NCBI GenBank assembly: GCA_963754875.1
Contig: CAVWHO010000002.1
Span: forward strand, 20,194 to 84,193
DNA: 64,000 bases
DNA from: Nitrospirota bacterium
Lineage (GTDB): Bacteria > Nitrospirota > UBA9217
Reading direction: 5' to 3'
Every line of letters begins with the position of its first letter. Positions within the stretch are counted from its first letter, which is position 1. The translations under genes and the position numbers were made by a program. Shown here one piece after another: positions 20,932 through 30,455 of this stretch. The notes beneath the pieces are model-generated. The model had not been told where the DNA came from. It was given only the letters and a program-made list of their open reading frames with translations, and made no database searches.

Positions 20932-22692
20932 CTAGTTTTTCTTGAAAAGAACACCGCAGGTAGCGCGGGTTGTAACATCGCCAGCAGCGACATGGCACTG
21001 CCCAGCGTTCGATCCGCAGGTCGGTGTTACGTTGCCAATGAACGCCTTGTTATTGATATCATAGAGCTGAACGCCGCTCGTCTTATACCCCGGCACGCCG
21101 GCTCCTCCGGCTTGCGCCTGGGTTTGGTCGGTATAGTACCGAAGGGACAGGATAGCGTATTTGCTGTCCGGGGTCGAAATAACGTCATGTACTTCAATGC
21201 CGCCGTACGTGCCCGCTCCCAGGCCGGTGGTGATGGCTCCGGGTTTCGAGACGGAGTTAGCATTGCTGGTGGTACCAGTGTTGGAATAGACGCTCAGGTC
21301 GCTGGCATTGAGGATGATCAAGCGGTCGGACCCGGATTGCAGAATATAATTGCCGTTAGGTGTAAAGGTGGCGCGATACGCAATCGTCCCCTGGAGCGAA
21401 CCGTCGCCGCTCGTGGTTGAATCGGACGGTGCGACAGTGACCGTTCCCGTCGATAGGACTTTCTCAGGTGTCATGGTGCTGATGCCGGGCGTCGAGGTGC
21501 TGGCTGATTCAAGATCGCTAGCATTGACCAGATACGTTCTGAGGAAACCGGCCAGGTTGTTCGTAGTGGAGAGGCCGCTAACGACGTTCATGACCATGTA
21601 AACCTTGCTTCCGTCGGGACTGGAACCGCCGTGAATGAACGCCAGCGGCGGCTGACCGTAGTTGCTGGGGGGATTAAGATTATCCATGGCGTGGTCGATC
21701 TGCCAGATGTACGTTCTGGTAAAGTCCGAGCCTCCGCTCGCAAGTACGTTGCTGACGCTGCCCTGTGCGCCGGCATTCAGTTTCGCCAGCGGAACAGCAT
21801 CGAGGTAGGCCGGGAAGCTCATCGACATGGGGAGATAATAGCCATTCGTCTTGTCCATTCCCGATGCGCAGTATTCAACGGCCGACGTGGTGCCGAACTC
21901 CTCAGGCGCCATGGCAGATAAGGCCCCGGCGATGTTTTGGCTGGCGCCATAGTCGATATCGATCACCGAGTTTATTCCATTGTTCGTCGCCGCAGTATTG
22001 GCCTGCGTCAAATCAACGTAGCCGATATCGGCAACTCCGCTAGAGTTGGGGTGGGAGGGGGAGGTGGGTACGGGCCTGGACATGATCGCGGAATAGTAAA
22101 TCTTCGTGGGGTTAGTCGCGTCGTCAAACCTTATGTCGTGGAAGACGGTTTTAGTACTAGACTGGCTGGGCGCGCCGTTAAGCTGAATCTTGGACGCACT
22201 TGCTGTGTTCACCGTGATAGGTGAAGTGGTATTCGTCGGGTCGATCGTTACTGAATATACGGCGATATGACCGCCATTCTGGGATGCCTGGTAGAGCGTG
22301 CCGGAAAGAACTGGAGCAGCCACTACCGTCATCGTGCGCGTCCCGGAGACGGACCCCGACGTTGCGGTGACCGTGACCGGCCCGGCAGCAACGGCTGTTG
22401 CGAGACCAGTGCTGGCGCCGATCGTCGCGATGGCCGTGCTCGACGTGGACCAGGTTATTACAGGCGACGTGGCGGTGCCGTCTGACATTAATGCCGTTGC
22501 GGTGAACTGCTGGGTATTGCCGACCGTAACGGTAGGGGCAGTAGCCGGGGCCACCGTTATCGAGGCCAGCGTTGCAGGGCCCGCCGGGGTACTGTCGCTG
22601 CTGCTGCTGCCGCACCCGAATAGCATCATCATACCAAGGACAAGGACGACCGATAAAGCAGTGAGAAAGGTCACTTTTGCTGACTTTTTCAT
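20932..22692 (-). CDS. Lipoprotein: Ig-like domain plus putative beta-propeller and C-terminal CX6CH
   Basis: Lipobox LFGC, Ser linker, Big_2 repeat; SPDGSKVY, TPNGNYI and TPDSKYA propeller-type turns; CGSNAGQCH near the C-terminus. Confidence 0.75.
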   Translation of the reverse strand: MKKSAKVTFLTALSVVLVLGMMMLFGCGSSSSDSTPAGPATLASITVAPATAPTVTVGNTQQFTATALMSDGTATSPVITWSTSSTAIATIGASTGLATAVAAGPVTVTATSGSVSGTRTMTVVAAPVLSGTLYQASQNGGHIAVYSVTIDPTNTTSPITVNTASASKIQLNGAPSQSSTKTVFHDIRFDDATNPTKIYYSAIMSRPVPTSPSHPNSSGVADIGYVDLTQANTAATNNGINSVIDIDYGASQNIAGALSAMAPEEFGTTSAVEYCASGMDKTNGYYLPMSMSFPAYLDAVPLAKLNAGAQGSVSNVLASGGSDFTRTYIWQIDHAMDNLNPPSNYGQPPLAFIHGGSSPDGSKVYMVMNVVSGLSTTNNLAGFLRTYLVNASDLESASTSTPGISTMTPEKVLSTGTVTVAPSDSTTSGDGSLQGTIAYRATFTPNGNYILQSGSDRLIILNASDLSVYSNTGTTSNANSVSKPGAITTGLGAGTYGGIEVHDVISTPDSKYAILSLRYYTDQTQAQAGGAGVPGYKTSGVQLYDINNKAFIGNVTPTCGSNAGQCHVAAGDVTTRATCGVLFKKN

Positions 22693-22868
22693 AACTTGCA
22701 TTCCTCCATAGTTAAAGTTATTAGGTCGTTTAGGAGACTTGACACGTTACCGGGCATTGCTTGTCTGCCATTTTGAATCTCTGGGTTCACCTCCTTTGAA
22801 TTTATCGATCATACTTCTACTTTTGTTTCGGAGAAAACCGGGCTGGTCATGATAAGTCTGACAATCAA

Positions 22869-23825
22869 TTAGTGGCCCCCCGCTCCATTGACAGGCAAGT
22901 AAATACTGCCCGTAATCCCTCCAATTGTTGCGGTGATTGTTGCATGACCCAGATAGACCGCTGTCACCACGCCTGAACTGTCTACGGTAGCAATATCAGG
23001 GTTCTCCGAATTCCACACAACCTGCGAGGTAATATCCAGAGTGGTAGTATTCTGGGTGGCGCTGTCATAGAACGTGCCGGTCGCGGTCAACTGGACAGGA
23101 GGTTGTCCTACCTTAACCGTAGACGCTGCCGTAACTGCGATCGACTGCAATACTCCCGAATTCAAAACAGTCAACGCAGCCGTGTTGGAAGTTACACCGT
23201 TCCATTGCGCGGTAATATCGGTTGCTCCCGGGGAAACGGCTGTTGCCAGGCCCGAGTGAGCGTCAATGGTAGCGACCAAGGTTGTTGAGGAACTCCAGGA
23301 AACCAGGCCTGTGATATCCTGGCTCGGAATTGTCTCGGTCCCGTCGCTGAAAAGTCCGGTTGCGGTGAACTGCTTAGTCAATCCGTTGTTTACGGATGCA
23401 GCGCCCGGAGATACCGTAATTGTCTGGAGGGTCAGGTTTTTGATGGTCAATTGCGTTGACCCGGTCATCCCCTGGCTGGTAGCGGTGATATTGCACGTTC
23501 CTGATGACGTGACGGCCGTGACAAGCCCGCTGGCAGATACGGTGGCGATCGATGAATCGGTTGTGCCCCAGGTAATCGATGCAGACAGATCGGTTGTCGT
23601 CAAATCGGTGTATTGACCGGTTGCTTTTAACTGCTGCACGGTCTGTGCCGCCATCGTGACGCTCCCTCCCACTGCCGTGCTATTGACTGGTGCTATCGAA
23701 ATAGAGGAAAGCTTCTTTCCTTCATAGGATGTAAGACCGCAGCCGTGAACCACAATTATGGTTATCATCAATGTTGAAAGCGCAAGAAGAACTGCAAGTA
23801 ATTTCTTGTCTTTGAATATCTTCAT
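22869..23825 (-). CDS. Lipoprotein with three Big_2 repeats (paralog of 15495..16436)
   Basis: VHGC lipobox; three ATG...D.T..V.W.S repeats. Confidence 0.88.
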   Translation of the reverse strand: MKIFKDKKLLAVLLALSTLMITIIVVHGCGLTSYEGKKLSSISIAPVNSTAVGGSVTMAAQTVQQLKATGQYTDLTTTDLSASITWGTTDSSIATVSASGLVTAVTSSGTCNITATSQGMTGSTQLTIKNLTLQTITVSPGAASVNNGLTKQFTATGLFSDGTETIPSQDITGLVSWSSSTTLVATIDAHSGLATAVSPGATDITAQWNGVTSNTAALTVLNSGVLQSIAVTAASTVKVGQPPVQLTATGTFYDSATQNTTTLDITSQVVWNSENPDIATVDSSGVVTAVYLGHATITATIGGITGSIYLPVNGAGGH

Positions 23826-23851
23826 TTTGGAATCCTCTCAATCGTAATGAT

Positions 23852-25045
23852 TTAAAATCTTGCCTGGAGCTGGAGCAACGTCGTATTGAAATCCTTGGAA
23901 GGCGGTTTGTTAAAGGCGATTTGTTCCAATTCAAGCGTAAGTCTCAGGTCCTGTCCTTTTATATAGTAGTTGAGCCCTTCCGCGTTCCAGTCTATGTGCT
24001 GATCAGCTACACCGTTTAGGCTCGCGAATGCCCATTTTTCCATACGCCCATAGACCTGCAATTTCCAGAGCATGTAGGCGCCCTTCCAGTAGTAGCCGTT
24101 TTTTTCTCCGTAGATATCCACGGCTCCGGGGGCTCCGCGCGTTCCTGCTCCGCCAAAGTCCTGCTTCAGATACGCGCCGGAGAGCGTAAACGTGCCGACC
24201 TCCGTCGGATACTCGAAGAACCCGTCGTAGGTATAAGCTTTATAGTCATCCTTGCCGCTGCCCACGCCGGTGGAGGTGTCGAAGGCCGAATAGACTGCGT
24301 TGGCCTCCGTTTCATACCCGGCGCCGAAGGTGAGCACTTTTTTCTTGCCGAGGTAGGACCCTTTGTAGCCCAGGTTGGATTCAGGATCGAGCAGGGTGAC
24401 ATGCACCCTGCCGGTATAGCGGTAGCCCGCGTTATCCGGTTTTTGATCGCCGTAGTTGTTGCCGTTCATCACGGCTGCCCGATATTGGAAAACATTATTG
24501 AAGAGATTGCCCCAGAACACAACACCGCTGTCGCGAGTCGTTTTGTCCCCATTGCCGAAGGGGCCGAGAATAAACGGAGAGCGGTCCATCGAAAGCGGAT
24601 CGAAGCAGCCGTCGTTCACTTCACGGGTCAGCTGTGTTTTTGTTTTTCCCGCGCGGATTTTGAATGCATCGGCATAGTCGGCGGTCAAGTAATAATCAAG
24701 CGCCGAGAGCGCATACTTGCTCGCTTCATCGGTTACAAACGTATCGCCGATTTTTCGTCCGCCGACGTACTCCAACTGCAGCGCGTATCCATAGGTTTCA
24801 TTTGCCATCCCCAGAAAGCTGAGACGATCTCTCATGAGGTAAAAATTATTTGTCGTTTTGTTGTCCCCATTCACATCGATGCTGCTCTGCGCCTCGCGGG
24901 CCTGCACCTGGTAATCAATGTCCAGAAAGCCCCCGTTGCCGAACTCGACCACGGTGTACGCTTTGGCATTTTGGCCACCCGGTCCAATCAAGAGAAATCC
25001 ACCAACCAGCACACCCAACATCAATCCTTTTAAGAAACGCCCCAT
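23852..25045 (-). CDS. extI: ExtI-like outer-membrane porin
   Basis: LTRE...C..PLSMDRS, TRDSGVVFWGNLF, HVTLLDPE..GYKGSYLGKK, GEKNGYY and terminal LQARF match, from memory, the Geobacter selenite/tellurite-operon porin ExtI. Confidence 0.75.
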   Translation of the reverse strand: MGRFLKGLMLGVLVGGFLLIGPGGQNAKAYTVVEFGNGGFLDIDYQVQAREAQSSIDVNGDNKTTNNFYLMRDRLSFLGMANETYGYALQLEYVGGRKIGDTFVTDEASKYALSALDYYLTADYADAFKIRAGKTKTQLTREVNDGCFDPLSMDRSPFILGPFGNGDKTTRDSGVVFWGNLFNNVFQYRAAVMNGNNYGDQKPDNAGYRYTGRVHVTLLDPESNLGYKGSYLGKKKVLTFGAGYETEANAVYSAFDTSTGVGSGKDDYKAYTYDGFFEYPTEVGTFTLSGAYLKQDFGGAGTRGAPGAVDIYGEKNGYYWKGAYMLWKLQVYGRMEKWAFASLNGVADQHIDWNAEGLNYYIKGQDLRLTLELEQIAFNKPPSKDFNTTLLQLQARF

Positions 25046-25107
25046 GTCTTCTCTCTCCTCCTTAAAGCCCTCCGCTAGGGATGTTAGATTTAAATTATTA
25101 TTCATAT

Positions 25108-25126
25108 TTCTGAAAGCGTTTCAGAA
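25108..25126. promoter_or_regulatory. Perfect inverted repeat (operator candidate) in the porin leader
   Basis: TTCTGAAA-GCG-TTTCAGAA. Confidence 0.45.
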
Positions 25127-25192
25127 CTTTTAGATCCGATGTCGTTTGATGCACGTAATTTCAATTTATTTAGCGGAGAATGAGTATGTTGC

Positions 25193-25220
25193 ATTATATA
25201 AAAGGATTAACTAATGTCAA
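25193..25220 (-). promoter_or_regulatory. Sigma70 promoter for the porin operon
   Basis: TTGACA-16 nt-TATAAT. Confidence 0.75.
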
Positions 25221-25608
25221 CGTGAAATTTTGTGCAGCTAGGATTCTAAAATTGAAGTTTTAGCTGTTCTGTGCAACTTTTCTTCACACTAGGGAACAAA
25301 ATATATAAAACCGCATTTTTTTTAGTTTGTTGCATAGTTTCACAACTTAATCATGATTACGAAGTCATCTCTTCACTTTGAAACGTAAAGGCTCACGCGG
25401 GAGCGTCTTTTTAACCTACTGATCCGCAAATTTCAATTGTGTCTTTGCCCATTGCTGGCGCTCATATCGTTTAAACGAGGATTTTGCCCGGCAATAATGA
25501 AACACGGACACTCCTCTTCATGCAACAGAAGCAATATTTTTTCTCTAAGACCGGTTTCTAATTTCTTTCTCTTGCATTTTTTCACTGGCTGTATTACCGT
25601 ACGGAACC

Positions 25609-27303
25609 ATGCATCTACAACACAGATTTGGATGGCATCGCTTCGTCATTCCCGGAATAATTTGCCTGATCGGCATTATCATTCCTCTCGCACAATACTA
25701 TTTCCGCAGGTTCGATGATAACACCTTTACCAGCTGGCACATGATTTTCAGTGCCACCTCTTCGTTCAATTATTTTTTTGTCTTTCTCGGCGGCGTCTTG
25801 TCGGCATTAATCCTGTTCAAGATTCGGTTGCCCTTACCGCGTGCTCTCTTCCTCTTTCTCGCATGCTTTGTCGCGGCCGCCTTTTTTTGGAGTATGCCTG
25901 AAGTAAACACCGTGAGCGCCCGCTACGTTACCCAGGCAAAATATCTCGAACTTTACGGAGTGCGTTATTTTTTCAAAGAATGGGGACACAGCATCCAGGC
26001 ATGGATGGACTTGCCCGCCATTCCCTTTCTAAACGGAATCATATTCGGGATCGTTGGAGAATCGAGAATCTATATTCAGATACTCACGGCTTTCCTCTTC
26101 GGGATGACCTCGGTCGTGACGTACCTGATCGGGAAATCGCTTTGGGATGAAGAAACCGGCTTTTATGCAGGCATTTTGCTGCTCGGAATTCCCTATCTCA
26201 TCATTCAGACGCCGCTTATGCTCCTTGACGTACATACGATGTTTTTCCTTACCCTGTCGATCTATCTTTATATCCGGGCACTGGAAGGAGGCCTTGCCCG
26301 GGCGATAGTTGCTGGGTGCTCCATCTTTGTGGCTTTTTTTTGCAAATACTCGGTTTGGCCGATGCTGTCCGTATTGCCGGTCATATCGTTTGTTTATTAT
26401 TTTCGTAAGGAAGGTCCCGCTCGCCCCGAGATCCTCCGGAGAAGCCTCCGGGTATTCCTGCTTACCCTCCTTCTTATCGGCGTACCCGTCCTACTCAAAT
26501 TCGATGTCATCGTCTATCAGATCAAACTCATGATGGAATTTCTGAGGCCAAGTCTCGGTCGGTGGACAGAGAAGTTCTCCTCAATCTATCTTTTCCAGAT
26601 CAGCCCCGCGATCACCATTGCTGCAGCTGCGTCAATCGTTCTGGCGGCAGCAAAACGGGACCTCAAATACCTGGTCGTGGTTTGGTTGCCGTTTCTCGCC
26701 GTCTTTTTTGAGATAAAGCGGGTCCGTTACATACTCCCCGTTTTCCCGATGCTGACGCTGATGGGGTCCTACGGACTCGCGGCGCTTCGAAGCCCTGAGC
26801 AGCGAAAGGCCGTCGTCACTGCTGCGGTTACTGCCTCGCTGGTGACCTGTTACTTTCTCTTTCTGCCTTTCCTTAATCAATGGAGCTTCGTCAACTTGAA
26901 ACATGCGGGGGAATTTCTGGATACTCTGGACGTCAATACGGTTGAGGCGATCGCGATTCCACAACAGCATTACCCCGTCAACCCGGCCGTTGCCGTGCCC
27001 CTCCTCGATCTCTATACGCACAAGAGGATCTCCTATGAGTATGTCCCCGGCGCTTCCACCCCCGATGAAGATTACCATACCTCGCGTTTCCGCGACAGTT
27101 GGGAGTACGTGAACCCTCCGTTCTATGCAGGCGATACTCGGACCGCGTCAGGAAAAACAGCCTTTGTAATAATAGCCGCGGACCCGCATGACAAGATTCC
27201 ACCCGAATTAAACCCTGCCATCAGCGCGATGCACCATGAGAAAGCATTTTCCACGAACATCCCTTTTTTTTACAATCAGACCCTCGTCACGATTTACTGG
27301 TAA
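25609..27303 (+). CDS. GT-C fold (ArnT/PMT-like) membrane glycosyltransferase, copy 1
   Basis: More than 10 TM helices; WMDLPA, TYLIGKSLW, LMLLDV, FCKYS, KRVRYILP. Confidence 0.85.
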   Translation: MHLQHRFGWHRFVIPGIICLIGIIIPLAQYYFRRFDDNTFTSWHMIFSATSSFNYFFVFLGGVLSALILFKIRLPLPRALFLFLACFVAAAFFWSMPEVNTVSARYVTQAKYLELYGVRYFFKEWGHSIQAWMDLPAIPFLNGIIFGIVGESRIYIQILTAFLFGMTSVVTYLIGKSLWDEETGFYAGILLLGIPYLIIQTPLMLLDVHTMFFLTLSIYLYIRALEGGLARAIVAGCSIFVAFFCKYSVWPMLSVLPVISFVYYFRKEGPARPEILRRSLRVFLLTLLLIGVPVLLKFDVIVYQIKLMMEFLRPSLGRWTEKFSSIYLFQISPAITIAAAASIVLAAAKRDLKYLVVVWLPFLAVFFEIKRVRYILPVFPMLTLMGSYGLAALRSPEQRKAVVTAAVTASLVTCYFLFLPFLNQWSFVNLKHAGEFLDTLDVNTVEAIAIPQQHYPVNPAVAVPLLDLYTHKRISYEYVPGASTPDEDYHTSRFRDSWEYVNPPFYAGDTRTASGKTAFVIIAADPHDKIPPELNPAISAMHHEKAFSTNIPFFYNQTLVTIYW

Positions 27304-27351
27304 TAATGGACTTAATTTCTTATAATATTAGAGCACAATGGAGAAGCGTGG

Positions 27352-28794
27352 ATGAGCCAGGGGAGTGATTGCAACGGAGCCGAAGACCGGATCGTCGTTC
27401 TGGGCGCGGGGCTTACCGGACTTTCCGCAGGATATGTCCTGTCCGCCGCCGGCCGCACGGTCGCTGTTTTCGAACATGATTCCGTTGTCGGCGGGATCTC
27501 GAAGACGATCGAACGGGGCGGGTTCCGGTTCGACCTGGGGCCCCACCGGTTCTTTACCAAGGATGCGCGCATAGAGGCCTTTGTGAAAGACCTGATGGGT
27601 GACGAACTGATGAAGGTCCCGCGCAAGACGGAGATCTTTATTCGCGGAAAGTATTTCAATTATCCGTTAGAACCCGTGAATGCCGTGTTCGGCATGGGCA
27701 TTTTTACGACGCTGCGGATCCTCGCAAACTACGGATGGGAGCGGTTCAAACGGCTCGTGCGGAAACCCGCGCCCGTGTCCCTCGAAGACTGGGTGGTCGC
27801 AAATTTCGGACGCACCCTGTTCAATATCTATTTCAAGGAATACAGCGAGAAGGTGTGGGGCGTCGATTGCAGCAGGATCAGCGCCGAGTGGGTCGCACGG
27901 CGCATCAGGGGGCTTTCGCTCTCCAAAGCGGTGATGAACGCGTTCTTCAAGTTCAAAGGCAGGGACATCCCGTCGCTCGTCAATCAGTTCCTGTACCCCC
28001 GGCGGGGGATCGGCCGTATCTCCGAAAAACTGAGCAGGAAAATCGAGCAAACAGGCTCGGTGTCCCTCAATACCTCCGTGGAACGCGTCAACCGCTCCGG
28101 TTTCACGATAGACAGCATCGCGGTCAAAGACCAAGAGGGCACCCGCATCATCGGCGGAAATGAATTCATCTCGAGCATCCCGGTCACGAAGCTGATCAGC
28201 CTGCTGGACCCGCCCGCGCCTCCGGACGTTCTCAAAGCGGCCGCAAGCCTCAAGTTCAGGGACATCGTTGTCGTTACCGTCATGGTCGACCGGCCGCACG
28301 TCACGAACCAGACATGGATCTATATTCCGGAAAAGAACATCCCCATCGGCAGAATCCACGAGCCGACAAACTGGAGCAGCGACATGGCGCCGGAGGGACA
28401 AACGCTCCTCGTGACGGAATTCTTCAGTTTTGAAGGAGACGCGATATGGAATACGAGCGACGCCGGTCTGATATCGATTGCAGTAGACAGCCTGGCCCGG
28501 CTCGGCTTCATCCAGCCCCGTGAAGTGATCGAAAGCGTGGTCACCAGGGTGCCGAAAGCCTACCCTTTGTTTGAGGTAGGATATCAGAAGCAGGTCGAGG
28601 TAATCGAAGACTATTTTTCCCGTTTCGCGAACCTCCACCTCGCGGGCAGGGTGGGAATGTTCAAATACTATAATATGGACCATGCAATCTGCTCGGGGAT
28701 GGGGGCCGCGGAAAAAATCCTCGCGGAAAGATCTAAAAACGGCCGCGGACAAGACTGCTCGGACGCAAAGGAAATCCTTAAATCCTGTTTGTAA
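27352..28794 (+). CDS. FAD-dependent oxidoreductase (UDP-galactopyranose mutase/HemY-like), copy 1
   Basis: GAGLTG, FDLGPHRFF, YSEKVWG, GRVGMFKYYNMDH. Confidence 0.85.
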   Translation: MSQGSDCNGAEDRIVVLGAGLTGLSAGYVLSAAGRTVAVFEHDSVVGGISKTIERGGFRFDLGPHRFFTKDARIEAFVKDLMGDELMKVPRKTEIFIRGKYFNYPLEPVNAVFGMGIFTTLRILANYGWERFKRLVRKPAPVSLEDWVVANFGRTLFNIYFKEYSEKVWGVDCSRISAEWVARRIRGLSLSKAVMNAFFKFKGRDIPSLVNQFLYPRRGIGRISEKLSRKIEQTGSVSLNTSVERVNRSGFTIDSIAVKDQEGTRIIGGNEFISSIPVTKLISLLDPPAPPDVLKAAASLKFRDIVVVTVMVDRPHVTNQTWIYIPEKNIPIGRIHEPTNWSSDMAPEGQTLLVTEFFSFEGDAIWNTSDAGLISIAVDSLARLGFIQPREVIESVVTRVPKAYPLFEVGYQKQVEVIEDYFSRFANLHLAGRVGMFKYYNMDHAICSGMGAAEKILAERSKNGRGQDCSDAKEILKSCL

Positions 28795-28884
28795 ACCAAG
28801 AGACAAGCCTTTCTTTCCGGGCGTTGCGTCTACGCAAAAATTGCACGGGATTTTGAATTTTTCTCCCGGAGATTGGTGCTTGTT

Positions 28885-30324
28885 ATGAAGTGTGCTCTTC
28901 TCATACCTTCCTGGGTCCCGGAAGATATTTTCGCTTCCAAGACGGCTGCGTCCCAGATCAATTACTGGCAGCCCCTCGGGACCCTTTCCGTGGCCGCAGT
29001 GCTTCAGAAAGCGGGCCATGACGTGATGTTCCTGAACGGCGCATTTCTAAGGCAGGAAGAATTGCTGCAGGAGGTCGAGAAGTTTTCTCCGGCATTCGTC
29101 GGGATTTATTCAACGACCTTCGGATGGGGAAAAGCAAAGCGGACGGCGCTCGAGCTCAGGACGATCTTCGGAAAGAACGTATTCATCTGTTCAGGGGGGC
29201 CCTATCCGATCGCGGTTCAGGAACGGAGTCTTGAAGATGCGGGAGAGAGCATAGACGCCATCGTGACCGGCGAAGGCGAATTTACGGTCCTCGAAACAGT
29301 CGAACGGCTTGCGGCAAGGAAGAGTCTGGACGGGGTACAGGGACTCGTCTGGCGCGATCACGGAAAAATCATAAAGAACCAGCCCAGGCCGCTCATCGAG
29401 GACCTCGATTCGCTTCCGTTCCCCGCGCGGGAACTCCTCGGCGACCCGAACCTCTACATTCCCACACCCGCCACGTACCGCCGTAAGCCCGTAACCGTCA
29501 TGATGACCTCGCGCGGGTGCAACAGACACTGCATCTACTGTTTTCAGCTCGATAAAGAAAGAAAGACCGGGATCCGCTACCGCAGCATCGAAAACGTTAT
29601 GAAGGAGATCGAGCACTGCCTCGCGCAGGGCTACCGGGAGATAAAATTCCTCGACGACACGCTCGCAGCCGATTACAACCGGGCCATGCAGTTCGCCCAA
29701 GAAATCAAGGCGCGCAAGCTCGATTTTACCTGGTTCGTATCAGCCTGCGTGAACCAGGTCGACAAGCCCCTGCTCCAGGCGTTCAAGGACGCTGGCTGCT
29801 GGGCAATCCTCTTCGGCGCCGAAAGCGGGGTCCAGAAGAACCTGAACACGATACGGAAAGGAACGACGACTGACCAGATCCGAAAAGCGGTGAAAGCAGC
29901 GAAGGAGGTCGGCCTTGTCGTCCAGACGCCTTTCATGTTCGGCATCCCGGGTGAGACCTATGAAGAGGGCCTACAGACGATCGAGTTTGCTATAGACATC
30001 GATCCCGACATAGCAAGTTTCCACGCCATTACGCCTTTTCCAGGCACTTACCTTTACGATCATTTGGCTGAATACGGCGAGATCTCCGAGGAGCTGACCG
30101 ACTATACGTACCAGGGCGCAGCGTTCATTCCGCGGACAATGACGAGGGAGCAGATCCTCGACCTCAGGCAGACCGCGTTCAGAAAATTCTACTCCCGTCC
30201 CTCTTTCATTATAAAAAGAATGTTCTCCGTCAGGAGCTGGGACGACCTCGCAACTCTGTTCAAGGCAGGCCGGAGTCTCTTCTGGCTTTGGTTCGCAAAA
30301 GACCTTTTCAAAAAAAGAATGTAA
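28885..30324 (+). CDS. B12-binding radical SAM protein
   Basis: PLGTL, GGPYP, GEGE, SRGCNRHCIYC, GAESG, PFPGT. Confidence 0.93.
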   Translation: MKCALLIPSWVPEDIFASKTAASQINYWQPLGTLSVAAVLQKAGHDVMFLNGAFLRQEELLQEVEKFSPAFVGIYSTTFGWGKAKRTALELRTIFGKNVFICSGGPYPIAVQERSLEDAGESIDAIVTGEGEFTVLETVERLAARKSLDGVQGLVWRDHGKIIKNQPRPLIEDLDSLPFPARELLGDPNLYIPTPATYRRKPVTVMMTSRGCNRHCIYCFQLDKERKTGIRYRSIENVMKEIEHCLAQGYREIKFLDDTLAADYNRAMQFAQEIKARKLDFTWFVSACVNQVDKPLLQAFKDAGCWAILFGAESGVQKNLNTIRKGTTTDQIRKAVKAAKEVGLVVQTPFMFGIPGETYEEGLQTIEFAIDIDPDIASFHAITPFPGTYLYDHLAEYGEISEELTDYTYQGAAFIPRTMTREQILDLRQTAFRKFYSRPSFIIKRMFSVRSWDDLATLFKAGRSLFWLWFAKDLFKKRM

Positions 30325-30455
30325 CTACAACAAACCTGTCTCACTCAAAGCCACGGTGGCCGTAGTTCCCCGAGATAAAAGATGCCTGATATCCTAACGA
30401 AGGAACATTTTCCCTTTCTTGCATTTTCATTTGAACTGAATTACTGTACAAGATC

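Noticed and set aside
20932..22692. Calling the propeller NosZ or NirS
   Set aside because: No CuA motif, no N-terminal CXXCH cytochrome domain, no Tat signal, and no nos or nir genes nearby.
15495..25045. Selenocysteine readthrough in the ExtI-like cluster
   Set aside because: The ORFs look complete; I saw no in-frame TGA splitting a domain.
27667..29019. Long antisense ORF (450 aa) and similar shadow ORFs such as 17214..18302
   Set aside because: They lie opposite well-supported genes and have no motifs; expected in GC-rich DNA.
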